A stretch of DNA of 50,388 bases from Chitinivibrionales bacterium (GTDB lineage Bacteria > Fibrobacterota > Chitinivibrionia > Chitinivibrionales > WJKA01): contig JBBRUX010000028.1 of assembly GCA_038247415.1 (NCBI GenBank), positions 1 to 50,388 of the forward strand, in the 5' to 3' direction. The notes under the pieces are model-generated. The model did no database searches. It saw nothing but the letters and a program-made list of their open reading frames with translations, and was not told the origin of the DNA. Below are positions 43,767 through 50,388 of the stretch, one piece after another (position 1 is the stretch's first letter; each line of letters opens with the position of its first letter). Both the position numbers and the translations under genes were made by a program.

Positions 43767-44093
43767 ACTACTCTCCTTTGATTTCGAAGACTTATTGGCT
43801 GGCATAATAGACATAAAAAACAGGATCCCAACAACAATAGCAGCGATACCGATCAATAACGAAATTTTTGCTGATTTTTTTGATTCCACGAGTATGTTTC
43901 AATCTATGTAAGTGATTAAACAAAAAAATACCCTCTATTAATTTAATTTGATCACATAGTCTGGGGTGGAGTTTTTTTAGGTTTGCCAAAGGCCATAATC
44001 TTCGCTATTTTAATTACTGATACACGATAAACTATTTTAAAACGTAGTATGAACATTCACATTTTTTAGATTGTATCTAGCAGGAACAACTCT

Positions 44094-46307
44094 ATGGCAT
44101 CGACTACACCAGATCCTGCATCGTTTATTGTAGAAATCGAAACACTCCGCTCAAAACAGAGCGAAATGAAGGAAGTCTTTAAGGCCCTACAAGCACACAC
44201 AGAAAATCTTGAGAACGAACAACGGCTTCTTCACACGCTTATCGATAATATTCCCGATGTTATTTATTTCAAAGATTCACACAGTAGATTCGTTCTTATC
44301 AATAAATCGGGGGCCCTCAAATTTGGAAGTGCTAATCCCCTGGAAATAATAGGTAAGACAGACAGGAATTTTTTTGCTGCCGAACATGCAGAAGCCGCAT
44401 TTCACGATGAGCAAGAAATTCTCACCTCAGGCAAACCGCTTATTGTCAAGGAAGAACGAGAAACTTACCAGAACCAATCCGACACCTGGGCACTTTCAAC
44501 AAAAATGCCCATGCGCGACAAACTGGGAAATATCATTGGTACCTGCGGCATTTCGCGCGATATAACCGCAATTAAATTAGCCGAAGCAGACCTCGAGCGC
44601 GAACGTAATCAGTTGCGAACTCTTATCGACAACATGCCCGACTACATCTATATCAAAGATGTCGAGAGCAGATTTGTCATTAATAATCGCGCCCATTTAA
44701 CAATCCTTGGGGCTAAAACGCAGGCCGAAGTGCTGTGCAAAACAGATTTCGACTTTTTCTCGCGGGAACTTGTGGCTCGCTATTTTTCCGACGAACAAGT
44801 TGTTTTACAAACTGGCAAGCCAATTATCAATCGCGAAGAGCCAACAAAAGACAAGCACGACAGGAAGCAATGGCTCTCAACCACCAAAGTACCCATCCGC
44901 GATACCGCAGGATTAATTACGGGGCTTGTGGGAATCTCCAGGGATATTACCGAACGCAAAAATTTTGAAGATGCCTTAAAAAGAGCTAACGACGAACTCG
45001 AACTGCGTGTAGCAGAACGCACAACAGACTTGCAAAAGGCCAATGAGAGGCTTGCCGAACGACTCAATCAGCTCAACTTTTTAACAACATCATCGTACGA
45101 ATTAGCACAGTATACAAAACTCTCCGAGCTCGCCACTGCAATAATCAGCACGTTTACCCAAAGATTTACAAAATCCGAAATAGTTCTGCATATCCGTAAA
45201 GACATGACTTTTAAGCATTTAAGCGCTACCCCCGGATTTTTCGATGCAGCTAATCTAGAAGCGGCAACAAGGTCCCTGGATCCCTACCTTACCAATGGGC
45301 TTCAGCGACCCTTCATGATTTCCGATTGGACAACCGAAGAATCCATTAGCGGGATATCTTTTGTTAATCAGAGCGAGTTGCCCTGCTATATCGTTTTACC
45401 GCTTTTGGCCGACAATAAAGACTGCGCGATTATCCAGATTTTTACCCAATCTCCGTATGTGCACCATTACGATGCCGAGCTTCCACTGCTTACAACCCTT
45501 GCTGCCCATGCGGCCGTATGTGTTAGTAATGCGGTACATTATCAGGAACTCGGAGAGCGCGCCCGATTGCAAGGAGAGCTCGATGCGGCTCGTTCAATTC
45601 AGCAACGCTTTGCACCACGCGAAAAGCCTCAGATTGCAAATTTGGATATTAAGGGTGTTTATTATCCTGCTTTTGAAGTTGGTGGAGATTATCTCGACTA
45701 TTTTCAAACTGGAAATGGCTCGTGGGTTGTCGTTATCGCCGATGTTTGCGGCAAAGGAATTCCTGCAGCGCTCTTCATGACCATGTTACGCAGCACCTTC
45801 CGCGTAGAAGCGCGTACAGCAAAATCGGCACGGCAGCTTTTATGCGTTGTAAACGAATCCATGAAAGTAAATCTCGATGACAAATCGTTTGTAACAGCGC
45901 TGTGCTGCATGATTGCACCCGACGGGCAAAGCATGACCCTGGCCCGAGCGGGGCACCCCATGCTTATTATGCAAGAATCCAACGGAGCCCCACCTCGAAA
46001 TATCAAATGCGCCGGCCTAGCACTTGGGTTAGTATCGGGAGACGATACCTTCGAAAAAATAATGGAAGAAATTACAATCCCACTTGTAAGCGGAAACCGT
46101 TTTCTTTTATATACCGATGGCCTCAACGAGGCAAATGATCCTGATAAAAATGATTATGGAATTAAACGCATTTTTGAGCTGTTGCACCGCGACAAGAGCA
46201 CAACCCCCGAAGGTGTAATCGATACCATAATGAGCGATGTAAAGATGTTCATCAAAGATGCGCCGTATCACGATGATTTGACTATTATTTCGATGATCGT
46301 GAAGTAA
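44094..46307 (+). CDS. PAS-PAS-GAF-SpoIIE (PP2C) phosphatase
   Basis: Two PAS/PAC repeats ending in SRDIT; VGGDYLD, DVCGKG, AGHP, YTDGL and DDLT motifs. Confidence 0.92.
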   Translation: MASTTPDPASFIVEIETLRSKQSEMKEVFKALQAHTENLENEQRLLHTLIDNIPDVIYFKDSHSRFVLINKSGALKFGSANPLEIIGKTDRNFFAAEHAEAAFHDEQEILTSGKPLIVKEERETYQNQSDTWALSTKMPMRDKLGNIIGTCGISRDITAIKLAEADLERERNQLRTLIDNMPDYIYIKDVESRFVINNRAHLTILGAKTQAEVLCKTDFDFFSRELVARYFSDEQVVLQTGKPIINREEPTKDKHDRKQWLSTTKVPIRDTAGLITGLVGISRDITERKNFEDALKRANDELELRVAERTTDLQKANERLAERLNQLNFLTTSSYELAQYTKLSELATAIISTFTQRFTKSEIVLHIRKDMTFKHLSATPGFFDAANLEAATRSLDPYLTNGLQRPFMISDWTTEESISGISFVNQSELPCYIVLPLLADNKDCAIIQIFTQSPYVHHYDAELPLLTTLAAHAAVCVSNAVHYQELGERARLQGELDAARSIQQRFAPREKPQIANLDIKGVYYPAFEVGGDYLDYFQTGNGSWVVVIADVCGKGIPAALFMTMLRSTFRVEARTAKSARQLLCVVNESMKVNLDDKSFVTALCCMIAPDGQSMTLARAGHPMLIMQESNGAPPRNIKCAGLALGLVSGDDTFEKIMEEITIPLVSGNRFLLYTDGLNEANDPDKNDYGIKRIFELLHRDKSTTPEGVIDTIMSDVKMFIKDAPYHDDLTIISMIVK

Positions 46308-46368
46308 AACAAAAACGGCAGAAGGCCCACAAGCCTCCCGCCATTCGAAAACCAACCTAATAGCCCAA

Positions 46369-47229
46369 TTATCCCTTGATAAGAGAGAGCACGCTCGAAG
46401 GCATCATGTTCGACTGAGAAAGCATTGATGTCGCCGATTGTGTTAAAATCTGATTACGTGTAAAATTAGTTGATTCGGTCGCAAAGTCTACGTCACGAAT
46501 AAGCGATTCTGCAGCACTCTGATTTGTTTCTGCTACAATAAGGTTATTTACAGCATGCTCTAAGCGGTTTACAGAAGCACCTATTGAAGCCCGCATCGAG
46601 TTAACACTGTTAATTGCGCTATCGATGGCAGAAATTGAACTAGTAGCAAGAGCCTGTGTGCTCACATTTTGAGTGTTAAGCCCGGCCAATGAAGTAGAAG
46701 TCAATGTTCCAATAGTAATGGTAATACTATCAGTTCCTGCGGTATTATTTGCATCTATCCAGATAGCAGAACCACTACCAGCGGCTGCACCTTGATACCC
46801 AAATCGTGTTGACGAGCTTGAAATAAGTTCTTGCCCATTATAGTTAGTAACAGAGGCGATACGATCTATTTCACTGCGCAGGTTAGAAAACTCTTGCTGT
46901 GTATAGCCACGTTCAACACTTGTAAGGGTATCATTTGCCGATTGAATCGACAATTCGCGCATACGCTGTAAAATGCCACTTACTTCATTGGCTGCGCCTT
47001 CTGCAATTTGCAAAGCGGCAATACCATCTTGTGCATTACGTTGGGCTTGTGCAACACCTTTTATCTGGGTGCGAAGGTTTTCGGATACACCAAGACCTGC
47101 TGCATCGTCTGAGGCTCGGTTGATACGAAGGCCAGTTGATAAACGTTCGAGTGATTTGTTAAGCTCTCTGCTTGTAGTATAAAGAGCACCTTGTGTAACC
47201 ATTGAAGCGATATTATGATTAATACGCAT
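46369..47229 (-). CDS. Flagellin
   Basis: MRINHNI, ERLSTGLRINRASDDAAGL, LQRMREL, NRLE and IRDVDFA motifs; GGAGG RBS before ATG 47229. Confidence 0.96.
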   Translation of the reverse strand: MRINHNIASMVTQGALYTTSRELNKSLERLSTGLRINRASDDAAGLGVSENLRTQIKGVAQAQRNAQDGIAALQIAEGAANEVSGILQRMRELSIQSANDTLTSVERGYTQQEFSNLRSEIDRIASVTNYNGQELISSSSTRFGYQGAAAGSGSAIWIDANNTAGTDSITITIGTLTSTSLAGLNTQNVSTQALATSSISAIDSAINSVNSMRASIGASVNRLEHAVNNLIVAETNQSAAESLIRDVDFATESTNFTRNQILTQSATSMLSQSNMMPSSVLSLIKG

Positions 47230-47258
47230 AAGAAACCTCCCTGTAAAAAAAACGATGT

Positions 47259-47279
47259 GATTAACAATCCTTGTTAATC
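47259..47279 (-). promoter_or_regulatory. CsrA-type hairpin in the flagellin leader
   Basis: Minus strand GATTAACAA-GGA-TTGTTAATC: perfect stem with GGA in the loop, just upstream of the RBS. Confidence 0.65.
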
Positions 47280-47400
47280 TGACCATGTAACTTACTGTTT
47301 GCGAATTACGTCCGATCCTCCTTTCGTTTCTTTCGCAGGGAGTTAGTATAAGGAAATTGCCGCTTCCCCTCCCCACAAATTATAATCTTCCCTATTTTAT

Positions 47401-47427
47401 GTATCGGACGAAAAAGCTTTGGCTTTA
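47401..47427 (-). promoter_or_regulatory. sigma28 (FliA) promoter of flagellin
   Basis: Minus strand TAAA-N15-TCCGATAC versus consensus TAAA-N15-GCCGATAA. Confidence 0.7.
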
Positions 47428-47525
47428 ATTTTATTTTAATTCTTTTTTAAAAGGCAATTGCAAGACATCTTTTCGTTTTGACAGTCTCAACGAACGGGAT
47501 CCGAAACGCACCCTTAGGCCTCGAT

Positions 47526-47544
47526 CCCTAAGCTTGTCGAAGGG
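47526..47544 (+). repeat. Short REP-like repeat (GTCGAA family)
   Basis: CCCTAAGCTTGTCGAAGGG; shares the T(G/A)AGCTYGTCGAA core, with a CCC/GGG closing stem. Confidence 0.45.
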
Positions 47545-47586
47545 AGTCAGAGGTGAATTTTGCAATTAGCTTTAAGGACCTATTTA

Positions 47587-48576
47587 ATGCACTCCATACT
47601 CAAGCTTAAAGACACTTCGTTTTCTCCTTCATTATATATAGCGCCTATGGCCGGCATAACACATGCTCCCTTTAGAAGATTGCTATCGGAGTTTGGGGGC
47701 TATGGTGCCATTTTTACAGAAATGCTTTCGGTACGGGCGCTTCTTTTCGAGGATTTGCACAAATCTCCTTACACAAAAAAACGGCCTGAAGAGGGTAAGG
47801 TCTGGTACCAACTCCTTATTGGGGTTGATGATGCTTACCTCCCCGCACTTGATAGGCTCAATACGCTCAATCCATGCGCTATCGATATAAATGCCGCGTG
47901 CCCGGCCCCTGAAATTATTAAGCGCGGTGCAGGATCTGCCTTGTTTAATAACGCCCCACGACTATCCTTGATTCTTAAGGATATTCGAGCACACTACACG
48001 GGAATCCTCTCGGTAAAGTGCCGTTTAGGTAATGGCGAAGATGGTTGGGAAGAGCGTTTCTGCGAGCGGATTAAGATTTGTGAAGATGCAGGAGTAGATG
48101 CAATTATCGTTCATCCGCGGTTCTCTTTCGAAAAGCTTAAACGGCGGGCACGTTGGGAGATTTTTAATTGGGTATGCAACCAGACAAAGCTACCCATCAT
48201 TGCTAATGGGGATATTGTCAACCCTCACGTGGCCACTCAAAATCCTGAGGCCTTTGAGCACAGCCGGGGAATCATGATAGGCCGGATGGCAGTTGTAAAG
48301 CCTTGGATTCTTGCATCTCCGGCCCCGGAAGCCATCGATTACTGTGCACTCTGGCAAAAAATGTACGCGTATATCCTCGAAGATTTCGAGCCCGAAAAAG
48401 CTCTAGGGCGTATTAAAGAATTTTCGGCATATTATGCACGCAATTTTTTCTTTGGGCATCATCTTTTTTCAGGAATACAAAGTGCCTCAACTCTCGAAAT
48501 TATTTATGAACGCGCAACAGCATTTTTAAGTTCTAATCCACAGGTATGCGCCGAACCAACAGTATCGGGGATATAA
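47587..48576 (+). CDS. tRNA-dihydrouridine synthase family protein
   Basis: APMAGIT, TEM, DINAACP, GAGSAL, VHPR, ANGDI and MIGR motifs. Confidence 0.9.
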   Translation: MHSILKLKDTSFSPSLYIAPMAGITHAPFRRLLSEFGGYGAIFTEMLSVRALLFEDLHKSPYTKKRPEEGKVWYQLLIGVDDAYLPALDRLNTLNPCAIDINAACPAPEIIKRGAGSALFNNAPRLSLILKDIRAHYTGILSVKCRLGNGEDGWEERFCERIKICEDAGVDAIIVHPRFSFEKLKRRARWEIFNWVCNQTKLPIIANGDIVNPHVATQNPEAFEHSRGIMIGRMAVVKPWILASPAPEAIDYCALWQKMYAYILEDFEPEKALGRIKEFSAYYARNFFFGHHLFSGIQSASTLEIIYERATAFLSSNPQVCAEPTVSGI

Positions 48577-49494
48577 ATGGACACACCACCCAATCAAAAA
48601 GAAAAGCGCATGCTCATTACGGGAGCATCGGGATTTTTAGGCTATAACCTCTGTAAAGAAGCTCTCGATTCTGGATATTCCGTTTACGCTCTTGTCAATA
48701 AGCGCCCCATTTCCAAAAGGCGTGTTACAACAATTTCGGGAAATGTGAGTGATGCTGCTTTTATTGGGGATCTTTTTACTACGGTTAAACCCCACGCTGT
48801 AATTCATGCTGCTGCTCTTGCCGATCCGAATGCATGCCAGAAAGACCCAAAACTATCTTATTTAGTAAATGTTGGAGGTTCCCAAAATATCGCCAGAGCA
48901 GCGCAACGCCACAATGCCCACTGCGCATTCATTTCAACAGATCTCGTTTTTGATGGCACCAAGGCTCCTTATACAGAAGACTCCCCCGTGTGCCCAATCT
49001 CGGTGTATGGAGAGCATAAAGTAGTAGCGGAACAATCCTTAATTGAATTGTGTGAACGAGGGATAATTTGCAGAATGCCACTCATGTTTGGCTATGGGGG
49101 AGAAAAGGGCGCAAGCTTTCTTAAGGCGATGATTAGTGCTTTGCGCAATAATCAACCCCTTAAACTCTTCTCCGATGAATACCGCACGCCACTGGATGGG
49201 GTAAGCGCTGCCCAAGGAATTCTTAAAGCACTCACGTTACACAAAAAATGCCTGCACCTTGGTGGATCAACACGCATTTCCCGCCTCGATTTTGGAAAAA
49301 AGGTTGCAGCAGTTCTTGGCATTTCGGCAACCATAGAACATGTATTACACAAGGACGTAACAATGCCAGCACCGCGACCGGCAGATGTTTCATTTGATAG
49401 TTCCAGGGCAGTATCCTTAGGATATAACCCGCTTGCCATGGAGATTGCGCTTGCTGAGGAATGTACAAAAATAGAAGCTTGCCTGGACCATTGA
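48577..49494 (+). CDS. dTDP-4-dehydrorhamnose reductase (RmlD)-like SDR
   Basis: TGASGFLG, HAAA, STDLVFDG, YGEHK and RPAD.S motifs. Confidence 0.85.
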   Translation: MDTPPNQKEKRMLITGASGFLGYNLCKEALDSGYSVYALVNKRPISKRRVTTISGNVSDAAFIGDLFTTVKPHAVIHAAALADPNACQKDPKLSYLVNVGGSQNIARAAQRHNAHCAFISTDLVFDGTKAPYTEDSPVCPISVYGEHKVVAEQSLIELCERGIICRMPLMFGYGGEKGASFLKAMISALRNNQPLKLFSDEYRTPLDGVSAAQGILKALTLHKKCLHLGGSTRISRLDFGKKVAAVLGISATIEHVLHKDVTMPAPRPADVSFDSSRAVSLGYNPLAMEIALAEECTKIEACLDH

Positions 49495-49515
49495 TAAAAT
49501 ATTAAGATAAGCTTA

Positions 49516-49657
49516 TGGGCATTCCGGCTTTGCCGTCGCCCCTCCTTATGGGCTCTGGCTTTGCCAGCCGGTCTTTCATGCCATGCGTCACTTTGTGCCT
49601 GAGGCATTCAAGACTGAAAGCTTCACTCCGTTTCGCTTTCACCCTCCAGTCCTGGCT
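49516..49657. repeat. Structured ~150-nt repeat, copy C (inverted relative to A and B)
   Basis: TGGGC..CCGGC..GCCG TCG.CCCTCCTT.TGGGCTCT..AGCCGGTCT..GTGCCTG..AGACTG..CACCCTCCAGTCCTG aligns with the reverse complement of 10551-10699. Confidence 0.85.
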
Positions 49658-49680
49658 AATGCGCTTGACATGAAAGGGGC

Positions 49681-49769
49681 CTGAACATGATTACCAGGAT
49701 TATGCGATTACCATGATGAACTCGGGAGAAATCAGGATCATAAAGGTAATCATGTGAATCAAGGTTCAG
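49681..49769. repeat. AT-rich inverted repeat with ~9-nt GATT/AATC periodicity
   Basis: CTGAACATGATT ... AATCAAGGTTCAG ends; GATT at 49689, 49698 and 49706; AATC at 49730, 49748 and 49757. Confidence 0.6.
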
Positions 49770-49787
49770 ATAGTTGACTTTCGCGAC

Positions 49788-49938
49788 AGGCAGGGCTGAA
49801 GTGTGATGGATGAACACCGTGAGTCCATCAGTCTAAAGAGACCCAGGCACCTAGTGCCGCAGGGTTTGACAGACCGGCTCACGAAGTGAGAGCCTGAAAG
49901 GAGGCCCGACGGCGCTCTTGGCGCCGGCGTGCCCAGAT
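49788..49938. repeat. Structured ~150-nt repeat, copy B
   Basis: Colinear with copy A, including identical TTGACAGACCGGCTCACGAAGTGAGAGCC. Confidence 0.9.
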
Positions 49939-50024
49939 TCTTATTTCTTTGTATTCCCCTTTATATCCACCTGCTCCAAGATTCCCGGTGCACAAAAAGC
50001 GAGAGTTTTACAAGTGCCTCTTTA

Positions 50025-50388
50025 TCATGACTTTTGTCTCAACTTGACAATTTCATCAATTGTCATTTCGGTTGCCTTTGAAATCTTATCGTCTTCAATT
50101 CCTAGTGCAATAAGTTTTTTGGCAACTTCAATCGTGCCTTCAATCTTCCCCTCAATCTTCCCCTCAATCTTCCCTTCAATCTTCCCTTCAATCTTCCCCT
50201 CAATCTTCCCCTCAATCTTCCCCTCAATCTTCCCTTCAATCTTCCCTTCAATCTTCCCCTTCATTGCCCCTTCAATCAAACCCTCTTCTTTTGCTGTATC
50301 CAATGAATTCTTCATATCTCGATAATACTTCAAACTATCTTCATACGCTTCGCGTTCACCCGGCTTGAATTGAGCAATCTCCGCACAT
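50025..50388 (-). CDS. Rpn-family PD-(D/E)XK nuclease / putative transposase, 3' part (runs off the window)
   Basis: Frame open to the window edge: AEIAQFKPGEREAYEDSLKYYRD..NSLDTAKEEG, EGK repeats, A..L...G.....I...T.....EI C-terminal helix-turn-helix. Confidence 0.85.
   Translation of the reverse strand, partial: CAEIAQFKPGEREAYEDSLKYYRDMKNSLDTAKEEGLIEGAMKGKIEGKIEGKIEGKIEGKIEGKIEGKIEGKIEGKIEGKIEGTIEVAKKLIALGIEDDKISKATEMTIDEIVKLRQKS
50139..50258. repeat. 12-bp coding tandem repeat x10 (GKIE)
   Basis: Ten YTCAATCTTCCC units. Confidence 0.95.

Noticed and set aside
47280..47380. c-di-GMP riboswitch in the flagellin leader
   Set aside because: GAAA and GCAAA words are present, but the two-stem architecture could not be built.
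49152..50325. ORFs 49152-49607 (-) and 49918-50325 (+, PSIF repeats)
   Set aside because: Antisense to the RmlD-like and Rpn genes; PSIF is the reverse reading of the GKIE repeat.

Overview
Bacterial chromosomal window, mostly housekeeping genes. An anaerobic, flagellated diderm is indicated (LptE, Hcp, 2[4Fe-4S] ferredoxin, flagellin); a Fibrobacterota/Chitinispirillia-like host is only an impression. The first ~1.8 kb looks like the tail of an integron-type cassette array. It holds an AT-rich lipoprotein gene and a toxin-antitoxin pair whose toxin is interrupted by two stops, each followed by a 154-bp attC-like fold-back site; no integrase is in the window. Core genes follow: DnaQ-DinG helicase, LptE, U32 protein, purB, a 56-aa ferredoxin missed by the ORF track, radical SAM, gap-pgk-tpiA-secG-tRNA-Leu(GAG), dnaK-groES-groEL, hybrid kinase, rnhA-gloB, hcp operon, thioredoxin, SpoIIE phosphatase, flagellin, Dus, and a partial Rpn-family nuclease with a 12-bp tandem repeat. 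The most unusual signal is a ~150-nt structured non-coding element present four times (10286-10495, 10551-10699, 49516-49657, 49788-49938). Its copies show many compensatory base changes, GNA-type triloops and helices that pair best on opposite strands, suggesting a dispersed, possibly ssDNA-folding mobile element. Also notable are divergent sigma54-type promoters for dnaK-groESL and a YugP-like peptidase. All calls come from reading the sequence; no database searches were run.
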